A program made the translations under genes and the position numbers. A DNA stretch of 63,065 bases, filler included, from Circinaria calcarea (taxonomy: Eukaryota): assembly GCA_051942165.1 (NCBI GenBank). It is 14 parts of 14 records of this genome, joined end to end, with 100 filler letters (N's around TTAATTAATTAA, not from the genome) between each part and the next. Parts side by side here need not be neighbours in the genome. Positions count along the whole stretch, not along the records: positions 13,594 to 18,016 come from JAVECS010002334.1; positions 18,117 to 22,536 come from JAVECS010002335.1; positions 22,637 to 27,054 come from JAVECS010002336.1; 11 more parts are not named here. One strand, 5' to 3'. Positions 13,623-24,174 of the stretch are shown here, in pieces. The stretch's first letter is position 1. The number at the start of each line of letters is the position of its first letter. Under the pieces are notes generated by a model. It was not told where the DNA came from. It saw only the letters and a list, made by a program, of their open reading frames with translations, and did not search any database.

Positions 13623-14965
13623 TTAGTCGAGGCCTTCCACAGGTAGACTCTGCAGTCCGGTCTTCCGCTTCAGGATCATCATCTCCAGAGTAATTCCGGG
13701 ACCAAACGCGGCAGCAACAACGTTTTCCCGGACCTCCTCCAAATTCCGTGACCGATTCATGACGCTCATTATTGTCGCGCTGGAACTATTGCCAAACTCC
13801 ATATAGATCTCGTAGCTGGCACGTAAATGCTCAGGAGTAAGGTTCATGGCTTGCTGTACTCCTGTAATGATGGTCGAGCCGCCGGGATGGAGCGCCCAGT
13901 CAAAATCCTGGGCCTTTCTAGGGATTTCGCCATTGCGGAGATGAGGAAGGGATTTGATGAGATCTTCAAAGGCCGGAGCAACGCTGGCAGCGGCGAGTTT
14001 GGGAACTCGAGGGGTGAGAACTACTTTCCAACCTAGAATAGTGTCAGTTTGCTCGGGGGTCCGGTGTGTTACTGACACAGAGAATACATAATCTACCTAG
14101 GGGATCGACGTCGAAACCCAAGTCTTTTTCTGTGTCTTCTATAACCACGTGCTTCCAGCCGAGAATGTTGTAAATAGGTTCCTCCGATCTATCTTGGCCA
14201 ATGCCATTGCTAAGGATACACGCAGATGCACAGTCGCCGAAGAGACAAACCCCTATCCGCACTTCTTCATTCTGGACTACCGAGTCTAATTCTGACCTGA
14301 CCAAGAGCGTGGTGATTTCACAGGCGAGGACGAGCACCCGCGCAGGTTTTCGCTGAAAAGATGAGCCGAGCGCGAGATTCGCCGCCGTCCGTATGGCTGC
14401 CAAACCTCCCGAACATCCGACTCCATGGAGTAGAACCTTTTCGACGTTGCTCCTGATGCCCAGTTCCTTGATGACAAAGTAATCGTACCCCGGGTTGGCA
14501 GAATTCGTACACGTGGTGGAGACGACATGAGTGATCTCATCCACACTGCCGCCCCATTCCTTTACAGCTTTCTTGGAGGCATTCACTGATAATCTCACAC
14601 CCTCTTGCTGGAAATACCTGTTCAACTCGCCGATGTCGGGAGAGGTTTTGGAATTGACGAGGGGATGGTCCACGTCTCCAACAGCGGCACGTGTCTCGAT
14701 GCCGGTATAACGGTTGATGGAGAGAACCTTCTTCAGCCTGATGAGCATCGCATTATTATGGTGCCAATTGACCAGAGCGGGCAAAAAAAGGTCTGATGCC
14801 TTACGCTGTTGAGTCTGGATAATGTCGTTCGGCGAGTATCTCTAGGGCTTCTGGCCCCACCCTGTGCGGGGGATATTCCACCCCGAGTCCAACGATTGAC
14901 AGGTCCAAGTCATCATCAAAGTGACCATTGGCAGCACTGTGCGGCTGCACAGCTGATGGCGACAT
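13623..14965 (-). CDS. Type III polyketide synthase (chalcone-synthase superfamily), complete, 2 introns
   Basis: Exons 14965-14805, 14737-14097, 14032-13623. Catalytic triad present: Cys (GVGCSGG), His (WALHPGG), Asn (FGNSSSA); also ITHVVSTTCT, LFGDCASA, AFGPGITLE. Confidence 0.95.
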
Positions 14966-15650
14966 TGGGAGAGAGTCGGAGGTGGATGAGGGGAGGTGGA
15001 AGTAAAAAACTGTTGGGAAATGCAGGACATGGAAATTCAACAATAATTATTTGGGATCGAACTTCTTAGTGGCGGACTTAAGACAAAAGGACACGACGAC
15101 ATGGGCGTCAATGCATCTTCCGAGGTAAGGAGGACCTGACGACCTTCCTAACCGGCCCTGATACCCTGATGGTAATAACAAATCAAAGAATGACGATGCT
15201 ATTCAACGGGTGGCTCCCCGCTGTTGTTCCTTGTGGCTGAGGTGTTAGACTACGTCAGTATATGGGGGACAATGCAGGTACCACAAATCAGATCGGCCAT
15301 ACGGATTCACTTACGTTGGCGGTGGACAAGATACGCGATGTCATCGGGCATGGCTCCCGTTACTCCGGTCGCTATTTCAGCCGTATGGTAAGCCGCTTAG
15401 CCGGGGAACGGCCACTAAATCTCCGGCGACCCTTCCGACCTCAAAAGGGCCGGAGTATCACCGGCCGAATGCGCCTGAGAACCCTATCAAGTAAACTCAG
15501 GTCACGCGCTTTTGGGGCGATAATATACAATAATATCGGACCTGGTAATACTTGTACGTCTGGATTCTTCCGTTCTTTGAGCTTTGCTCGATTGATCTTA
15601 TTGCGCTGAATAATGAGCAAAAGACACTCCGTGATAAGGACAAGTCGAAC
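14966..15650. promoter_or_regulatory. Bidirectional promoter shared by the type III PKS and the P450
   Basis: 685-bp gap between divergent ATGs; CCGAGG at 15120-15125; inverted repeat GGCCGG-N7-CCGGCC at 15448-15466; dense CGG/CCG triplets. Confidence 0.55.
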
Positions 15651-17475
15651 ATGTTGACTCTTATTCTACTTTTTCTACTCGTCGTAGCTTTGTGGTTTCT
15701 CCAAGGCCAACAGTCAGCTATCCGGCGTAACGGGAGAAGATTACCGTAGGATGCCAAATCCCTGAAGCTGCCTGTAAACACCCAAGACTAATCGAATGAT
15801 CTAGTCGACCACCGGGTACCTTACCGTTGGCAGGCAATGGCTTCTGGTTCTTGCAGCCACGACATAAGCTGCTGGACTGGTTTGCTACCATCCAGCCCGT
15901 AGTCGGCTTCGATACTTATGAGATCTCGGTGCCGTCGTTACCTCCGGCAATAGTGGTCAATGATCCTAAGAACGTCGAGCATGTGCTGAAGAACAATGAG
16001 CTTTTCATCAAGGGGGAGTTCTTTCGATCAAGGTCATGGGATCTTTTTGGTAGGTGAAGATACCTGATCTGCTATCACGTAGGGTATGCTTTGTCAGCTC
16101 TTACCGAGTCTTTTCTTACGTTCCCCTTGACGAACGGTCTTGATTTGTTCGTTGTGGCAGGAAATGGCATCATCAACGCCGACGGCTCGTTGTGGAAAAT
16201 TCAGCGGAAGGCTGGTCTACGTTTCTTTAGCAATACCAACTTAAAATCTTTTATCAACGAAGTATTGCCGCCCTTTTTGGGGGACACCAAGGAGTACCTC
16301 GATGGAGCTTCCGAAGAGGGGACAATCGTTGACCTGCAGCATGTATTTTTGGAGCTTACCACCCGTCTAATGGGGAAAATGGCATATGATGTGAGTACCT
16401 TTGAGCGGGTCGATTCCTAATGGGAAGAAATGAGCAAGTCCTGACTTGTCTGAAATAAGATGGACATGCATGGCTCTCTACCTTTCTCGAAAGCCTTTGA
16501 CTATGCCTCCGGAGCAATCACGGATCGATTTACCAACCCATTCTGGAAAGCCAAAGATTTCTTGTCCGGTGCCAAGCTCCGTAGAGCTGTTAAAGAAGTC
16601 AAAGACTTTGGCAGAGAAATCGTCTCCGCCACTGTCATGAAAAGAGAAAGCGAGAAAGCCACCGCTAAAGACTCCGACGTCAGTGATGTCGATCCCTTGC
16701 AAAACAACCTCATCAACGCTCTGCTGGACAACATCCAAGACCAGCAGGTTGTTGCAGATGCCGCCATGAACTTTCTCTCTGCAGGTACGAAATCTCGTCG
16801 ACATCTGAAAACTAAACCACCGCTAACTAACCCTCTGTAGGCAGAGACACAACCGCCCAATCTCTAACCTGGACCTTTTATAACCTCATGCGCCATCCTA
16901 CCATCAATTCCCTCATCAAATCCGAACTTCTCTCCGCCTTCCCCCAAGCCAGCACCACCCTTCCCCTCTCCTTTGATACCATTCAACCCTCCTATCTCCC
17001 TTACACCATGGCCGTTTTCAACGAAACCATCCGCCTCTACCCACTCGTTCCCTTTGAACTCAAAGAATGCACCGCCCCCACGACATTCCCCGACGGAACC
17101 TGGTTGCCCAAAGGGGCCGTGGTGCTCTGGGTTCCCTGGGCAATGGGGCGCTGCACGCTCATCTGGGGTGAAGACGCTACTACCTTTCGCCCAGCAAGAT
17201 GGCTGGAAGCCTCCTCAGACGATCCGGAGAGGAAGCCATCGCTCATGTCCAAAACGGCGTATGAGTTCCCCGTCTTCAACGCCGGGCCTAGGACTTGCCT
17301 GGGGAAGAAAATGGCGGAGTTGCTCGCTGTGCATGTGATTGCCAGTTTGGTGTGGGAATATGAGTTTGAGGAGGTGATGGATGGGAAGGGGAACCAGAGG
17401 GTGAGTCAGAATAGTCTGACGTTGCCGATGGAAGGGGGTTTACCTTGTCTCGTGAAGAGGGTAGAGCGGATTTGA
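15651..17475 (+). CDS. Cytochrome P450 resembling fatty-acid hydroxylases (CYP52 clan / plant CYP86-CYP704-like), complete, about 4 introns
   Basis: N-terminal anchor MLTLILLFLLVVALWFLQ; DPKNVEHVLK..FIKG, LFG|NGIINADGSLWKIQRK, I-helix NFLSAG|RDTTAQSLTW, ETIRLYP, FRPARW, heme motif FNAGPRTCLG. Confidence 0.92.
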
Positions 17476-17939
17476 GAGCGTTGGTTGACTTTTGGGGAAA
17501 TTTGGCTGCTCTATGAGAAGAACCTTATTAGACGTGGAAAAGGTTGATGGAAGGGCTATATTGAAATTTGGAGGACCTTTTTCCTTCCCCCCCCCCCTTG
17601 AGTGCGGGGGACCGGGTATATGTCCGTTTGGCCAAGAGTCTACAACGTTTCCAAGGGGAGAAGAGTAGCCAAAATAGCTCAAGCTCTTCCCAAACCCCAA
17701 ACCCCAAAAAATTCTCGGCCACTCGAACAGTAAAATGTAGTCCTCAAAAGCAAAATCACGCATCCAACCTTTTCCGATCCGAACTCATGCCAGACAATAT
17801 AAACCCCAACCCTCCCCCCACTTCCCAATATTCATTATAGAGTAGAGTCCTGAGTTCACACTCCACCCCCGTAGCGAAGTAAGCCAAGTAAGCCAAGTAA
17901 ACGAATCGCCCGAACGAAAAAACCCCCCCCCCGAGGCTA

Positions 17940-18016
17940 GCTAATACTCCCAAGACTTCCACTCACTCCCATCGACTTCCCCGATGGGAGTGAGTGGAAG
18001 TCTTGGGAGTATTAGC
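17940..18016. repeat. Perfect 35-bp inverted repeat with a 7-nt loop at the contig end
   Basis: gctaatactcccaagacttccactcactcccatcg (17940-17974), loop acttccc, exact reverse complement at 17982-18016. Confidence 0.9.
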
Positions 18017-18116
18017 NNNNNNNNNNNNNNNNNNNNNNNNNNNNNNNNNNNNNNNNNNNNTTAATTAATTAANNNNNNNNNNNNNNNNNNNNNNNNNNNN
18101 NNNNNNNNNNNNNNNN
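18017..18116. other. Artificial contig spacer
   Basis: N/TTAATTAATTAA/N. Confidence 0.99.
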
Positions 18117-19170
18117 CTGCCCATGCGCTATAGGGTTAGCAGTGCCCATGGTAGCTGTTATTGCTGGTGGTGTTGGCGCGAGACATGGTGTGGTCTTCAA
18201 ATCTGCCGAAACGATCGAGATAGCACGAAAGGTATCCCACGTTGTCTTCGACAAGACTGGCACTCTTTCTCGGGGGGAATTGTCTGTCTCGGCCGAGGAG
18301 TACTTGTCTGAATCAAGCCCATCTGCAGCATCTCTCGCTCTGGGACTCACAATCAATAGCAAACACCCCGTCTCTGCCGCTGTGGCAGCCCATTTGCAGG
18401 CACAAGGTACTCAGCCGGCTCCCGTCGAGGATGTGAAATCTGTGACTGGGAGCGGCATGGAAGGCGCTTGGAATGGTGCAAGCGTCCGTGGGGGAAATTC
18501 CCGCTGGCTGGCTGTTCAGACCGTACCACAAGTTGCATTATTACTCTCGCAAGGTTGCACGGTCTTCTGCGTAACGCTGGGCGAAGAGCTGCTCGCTGTT
18601 TACGGCCTGGATGATTCCCTGCGGCCTGATGCCAAATCTGTCGTTTCCGAGCTCCAGAAGCGTGAGATAGCCGTCTCTCTTGTCAGCGGCGATGACGACG
18701 GCGCAGTTCAAAAAGTTGGATGTGAACTCGGAATCCCCAGTTCCCGAGTCAGATCTAGGTGTTCCCCTGGGGATAAGCAAAAGTATATCAAAGCCATCAT
18801 GGACCACAAAAGCAAAATCGTGCTGTTCTGTGGAGACGGTACCAACGACGCCGTGGCCCTCGCTCAAGCTAGCATTGGCCTTCATATGAACAGCGGGACC
18901 GATGTCGCCCAGAGTGCTGCTGACGCTGTTCTTGTCAGGCCCGCTCTCACCGGGATTCTTGTCCTAGTCGATCTTTCTCGAGCGGCATTCCGTCGAATAG
19001 TCTTCAATTTCTCCTGGTCGTTTATCTACAACACCTTTGCGATCTTGCTCGCTGCTGGGGCCTTTGTCAATGCACGTATTCCTCCGCAGTATGCTGGCCT
19101 GGGTGAACTTGTCAGCGTCTTGCCAGTGATTTTGATCGGACTGCAGCTAAGGTGGTTCAAGAGACGCTAA
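18117..19170 (+). CDS. PCA1: P1B-type heavy-metal ATPase, Pca1/PcaA (cadmium-efflux) type, 5' partial
   Basis: CPCAIGLAVP, DKTGTLS, HP, GDGTND. The C-terminal TMs YNTFAILLAAGAFV..IPPQYAGLGELVSVLPV resemble Pca1 rather than the Ccc2-type MxxSS. Confidence 0.85.
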
Positions 19171-19220
19171 TTGCCGGATAGGTAACATTCGGGACTAGTT
19201 TAATGTGGGTACAGATAGTG

Positions 19221-19447
19221 AGCTATTGCGACAGTAAGCTATTGCGACAGTAAGCTATTGCGACAGTAAGCTATTGCGACAGTAAGCTATTGCGACAGTA
19301 AGCTATTGCGACAGTAAGCTATTGCGACAGTAAGCTATTGCGACAGTAAGCTATTAGGACAGTGAGTCATTCCGCTGACAGTAAGTTATTACGCTATATA
19401 ATACTAAGCTATTACGCTATACGATAGTATAGTTAAATCAGTAAGCT
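19221..19447. repeat. 16-bp minisatellite AGCTATTGCGACAGTA
   Basis: 8 perfect head-to-tail copies at 19221-19348, then degenerate copies to about 19447; no spacers. Confidence 0.95.
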
Positions 19448-20607
19448 GAGCCGAAAACCATGTGGCAGTAATGGCCCTCGTCAGCGCTATTCCAAAGCTA
19501 AATATATAAATTTGCAAATTCCATCTTTATTGGGGGTGATAAGTTAATAACTTTCCGATAAAAATCTAGTAGGTTAAAAGGCTAGTGTTTCCCAGGGATA
19601 TTTACACACCGCTTTCATTTCCCTTACCTCGCACATTTTTTAAAATAAAAAAATAAAGAAAAAGGGGGAAATTTCTCACCGCATGCGCTCCCACACCACT
19701 CATATTCTTTTTTTACCGCTTAGCTAGCCTACGGTTACTCAAGTGTAAATCGGTCAGGTTTTCGGCCGCGGAAATCCTCTTAAACTTCATCTTTCAACGC
19801 AACGATCATCCTGGCAGCCGGTGTTGATTAATCTCTCCTGTTTGATTTGGTCTCAAACTTGGCAGCATGGACTATGGTCGTTCAATAGATTGAGCCATAC
19901 ATGACGGGGCACTGGTGCCCACTGCATCTTTTGGTATGCAAGGCATCTCATCGCCCGTGTGCTATTTTCAACCCTCACGGTTTCATGTCATCGTAGCACG
20001 ATCTTCTTGGCCTGGGATAGAAAAAGGTAATAGAACCGAGTAAGATGCAAGGTATTTAGAATGAGGGTGATGTATAAGGAGGCAATTGGCCGGCTGCTTG
20101 TCTTATCCACTGGGGTCTTCGGTTTCAACGAAAAAATTCATCCTTAGAACTCGAGCAGTCGTTGAGTTTAGGTGCTGAACTATTATCTTATATTCTACGT
20201 GTTAGATTAAACCAGCAAGTATATTTATGAGACTGCACCACGCTGAACTCATCACCGCTTTTCAGCGGCTGACGAGCGGTGATAAGGGCGTATCAAACAG
20301 GCCTTGAGTTTTTATATACCCCGGAACAGAAAATCGCCTTTCTATTCGTCTCACCTGGGTTCGAACCTAGAAACCTCAGCGGACTACACTTGGACCTTGT
20401 CTCAGATGTAGTGAATTATCAAAAAATCGTGGAAAATGCATAATATTCAGGATACAAATCCAGCTTTCCTCTCGGCCCTCAATCTCAGAACGTTAGATCC
20501 AATAGCTGAAAGCATGCCGAAAGTAAGTTTTTATCGTAGTCAGAGGCCGGGGCATTGCATGCACGGGACTTTGAGAAGAAGGGCTTGTTACAGTTCAATG
20601 GCTAACT

Positions 20608-21495
20608 ATGTCGAAGAAAAGGTCTTTGCGTTTCCATCTATACACGTTATGGCTCTTCACCCGAAGCGATCTAAAAACGGTCGTGGGTCCACAGATCGCA
20701 TTTGGCGTATCCAGCGCACTCTCCGGTAGTCGACTGACCACAAACGCAAGTCCAAGCATTTTTACAATCATCGCTCGTCTTCCCCAACTTCTATTCTGGA
20801 TCTGGTTCCACCTACTGATGGAAGACATTGCCAATCAGCGTCTGGCCAGCTCAATCATCGAAGACTCGGTGAATAAACCTTGGCGCGCTTTACCGAGTCA
20901 AAGGCTGACGCCCGCCGAGGCTCGATGGCTTCTCCTCTGGATGATTCCTTTGGTCTATATGACCGGTTTGTATCTCGGTGGAACGTCGGCCTCGGTTGCG
21001 TTGATAATCTTCACATACATGTATAACGACCTGGACGGTGCGAACGAGAACTACGTCGTACGAAACATCCTCAACGCATGCGGTCTGACTTGCTTTAGCG
21101 TTGGTGCAACCACTATTGCCGCAGGATACGGCAGCCATACCTTGAATCAACGAGCCTACATTTGGATAGCAATTCTCGGCGCCGTCATTTCTTCCACGGT
21201 GCACACGCAGGACCTGGCTGACATGGAGGGAGACCGATTACGCGGCCGAAGATCGATTCCTCTCGTTCACGGTGAAACGATTGCGAGGTGGTCCATCGCT
21301 GCAACGGTTGTACCTTGGTCCGTCATCTGTCCTGCCTTTTGGCAACTGACTCTCCTGGGCTATGTTCCCCCCGTATTGATCGGTGGATTACTGAGCATCA
21401 GAGTGATTGTGCACAGAGACGTTAAGGCAGATAAAACCTCTTGGCAGATGTGGTGCGCTTGGATAATAACGTTATATTTCTTACCCTTATTTTAG
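20608..21495 (+). CDS. UbiA-superfamily membrane prenyltransferase/terpene cyclase (Fma-TC/Af520-like), intronless
   Basis: YTLWLFTRSDLKT, IANQ....IIEDSVNKPWRALPS, YNDLDGANE..RNILN, TVHTQDLADMEGDRLRGRRSIPL; multiple hydrophobic segments. Confidence 0.85.
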   Translation: MSKKRSLRFHLYTLWLFTRSDLKTVVGPQIAFGVSSALSGSRLTTNASPSIFTIIARLPQLLFWIWFHLLMEDIANQRLASSIIEDSVNKPWRALPSQRLTPAEARWLLLWMIPLVYMTGLYLGGTSASVALIIFTYMYNDLDGANENYVVRNILNACGLTCFSVGATTIAAGYGSHTLNQRAYIWIAILGAVISSTVHTQDLADMEGDRLRGRRSIPLVHGETIARWSIAATVVPWSVICPAFWQLTLLGYVPPVLIGGLLSIRVIVHRDVKADKTSWQMWCAWIITLYFLPLF

Positions 21496-22536
21496 ATCTC
21501 TGCCGTCTTCACGTTGGGAGAAGCGCGTGTCACACGTGCCAAACCAACAAGTTCCCGTGTGAAACACATAATCCGGCGTGAAAGGAGTCACGCCCACACG
21601 ATGAGTGGAGTCAAAATCCGCTGGACCTTTAAAGGCTTCCGAAGCAAACCCTGCTTCTGCAGGTCCCCCCCCCCTTTTCAAGTACAAGAACAGAAAAATC
21701 TCCAGTAGAGAAAAAAAAGGCAACGTGTCTCCATTTCTATTTCCATACCTAGGGGGGCTAGAGAGAGAGGTTCTGATATTGAAAAAAGAATTGAAAACAG
21801 TGCACACATATATAAACTCCACCCAAAAAAAGGCAAAGGATATTCCGAAACTAAAACCGGTATAGTTTTCCGTAGAAACAAAACAAGACTAAACTATCTC
21901 CACTCCGAAAAAAAATAAAGAAAAAAAAGGGGGGTCCGTCCGTTCCGTCTCTACTTCCAAGAGACTAGACTCCCCATCGTTTTGCTCTTAGTTAAGTTAG
22001 CGCGCGCGCCCCTTGGTTTTCTTCGCGTATTTGTCTATTCTATGACCGTCCCATTCCCATTCCCATTACCATTACCACCCCACCACGAATAACAATTTGC
22101 CTAATCCTAATCCCGATCCCGGACATAAAAGAGAAATATGAAACGTTAACATGGAACATGAACATGGAACAAGGAGGGAGAATCCCGGGGTTGGCACCTA
22201 ATCCTTACTTACATATAGATGCGGAGACGCGGAGACGCGGGAATTACCGTATTATTTTCCATGGGGGAAGTTCCGGGGGGGGGAAGCCTTTTTAGCGGAT
22301 AGATATGACTAGAGATGGAGTCGGGCTGAAATCTAAAACCCCCGAGGGGGGTGGGAAGGAAATAAGCTGGGGTGAGGTTTACTTTGCTGGTTAAAAAAAA
22401 AAAGAAAAAAACATGGTCGAGATGTTCGGGTTTATTTTTTTCCCCTACAAATAGGTATGTATCATTAGACATTTTTCGTAAAAACCAATCCCCCATTCCT
22501 CACTATAACCTCCACTCACTCCCCCCCAAACCAAGC

Positions 22537-22636
22537 NNNNNNNNNNNNNNNNNNNNNNNNNNNNNNNNNNNNNNNNNNNNTTAATTAATTAANNNNNNNN
22601 NNNNNNNNNNNNNNNNNNNNNNNNNNNNNNNNNNNN
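22537..22636. other. Artificial contig spacer
   Basis: N/TTAATTAATTAA/N. Confidence 0.99.
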
Positions 22637-24174
22637 AACTCTCGGGCGGAGGAGGTGATGTTAATCTCGCGGAACGAACGGTCAGAGGCAGAAAAGTAGT
22701 AGAGCAGCGTTGAGCCATGGATGGACACGGCAGCGAGATCGGCGTTGTTGTGAGGGAGAAGATATGGGAAGGATATGCCTTAATCGTCTGATTAACACTT
22801 CCCTTGCCGAAGCTTTCCGATGAGCTCAACTTACCTGACTGCCAAGTTGCCCCCGGTTGTGACATGTTAAGCCAAGACTCTTGTAAAGTACGATTTCCCG
22901 TGGCGTAGAAAATATGAAGGGTTCGAGTGATAGGGTTGACAATAGCCGTCAAATGAGAGTTTGGCCAAGGATCTGTGAAGACATGGCCATATGACCAAGA
23001 TTCACTGCTTTGAGTCCAGACCATCTCTTGCACGGTATTGCTATCATTGTTGTTCAGTCTGTGATAGAACAATCGACCTTGAGCTCCTCCTTTGAAGTCG
23101 GTCGAGTATGCAGATGTCATACGATATCCATCCCACTCGTTTCGTGGTTCCCCTCTTGTACCTTCACTAGCATCTAATGTACTGAGAGCTTTCAAGCCCA
23201 TATCGTTGATAGTATTCGGAAGTCTCCGCCAGGTGGCGAAGTTTCTTTTCTCTCGGATATAACCGTTCGTACCAACATAGAATAGGATAGTCTGTAACTA
23301 GGTTAGGTTCAGGTTTAACTGACTAACGATAAGTTGCACTTACACGTGGATAAGAGCCATTCCGATACGAGAATGCCGTTAACCCGGTGTTGTTTATTGC
23401 ATCCGTTAGAATGTTTCTAAGATATATCAGAATGTGACATCCGGTGATAGTTTTCAGAAATACCCAGCATAACGCCAAGTGGTCGTGTTAAGGCCCATGT
23501 CGGTCACTTGTCCAACGAATCCACGAATAGCTTGGAAAAACACACTTGATGCTTGTCCATCATGTCGGAGTCCAGTTGTTGGATTGCCGATGCTGAGGAT
23601 TGGTACTATGGGAGAACCGGTCATCAGTGAAGTAGGCCTGCTCGTCATCGCGTATTAGAGATCGAGATATCCTATTAGATAGACGAGAGACATGCCATAA
23701 AGTTGGGATGGTGTGGTTGGCAATACTGTATCGTATTAGATTGTTTCCCAACCAGGTGTGTGCTTTTAACCAAGGTGCAACGTACTTGTTCGAGGCATGC
23801 CTCCCGTCTGATTGCCGGATCTTAAAGACTGCAAAAACTATAGCTACAACCGCCCCGACGACCACGGCGACCATGGATGCAATCTTCCAGACACGCTTAT
23901 GTAACCTCCCTCGATGTAGCCCTGCTGGATGAGGTGCAATCAAGTGAAGTTCGGGTAGCTGAAGGCTTCTCCTTTCCGGCAAAACTTCCTTGTGCACTTG
24001 CGAGTAGTAGATCTGTGGGAGGGTCTCCTCCTGACCATTCTCCCAGGGAGTGACCTGCAATGTAGCTTGATTGGGCTCGCAGCACTGAAGTGCATCGTAA
24101 GGTCTCCAAAGTTGGAGGCCGTCACAAGCAGGAGACGGCCTTCCTTCTGGTGCGGAATTGTCTTGGTCTCCCAT
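22637..24174 (-). CDS. Single-pass membrane protein with a fucose-lectin-like beta-propeller, multi-exon, 3' partial
   Basis: N-terminal region, TM (IASMVAVVVGAVVAIVFAVF), then repeated blades xxFY..(G)..[IVL][QR]E..W (TILFYVGTNGYIREKR, RLFYHR..TVQEMVW, HIFYATGNRTLQESW) joined by several short GT..AG introns. Confidence 0.6.

Noticed and set aside
19221..19348. CRISPR-like or telomeric array
   Set aside because: The repeats are contiguous with no spacers, there are no cas genes, the context is eukaryotic, and the unit is not TTAGGG-like.
20345..20392. tRNA-like T-arm (CTAGGTTCGAACCCAGG on the minus strand)
   Set aside because: No D-arm or pairing acceptor stem could be built; at most a degenerate tRNA fragment.
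13623..21495. Apparent meroterpenoid cluster: type III PKS + P450 + UbiA prenyltransferase
   Set aside because: The UbiA gene is on a different contig (spacer at 18017-18116); the adjacency comes from length sorting.
21600..22536. Short ORFs and simple repeats after the UbiA gene
   Set aside because: Homopolymer-rich, low-quality-looking sequence; the ORFs are not protein-like.
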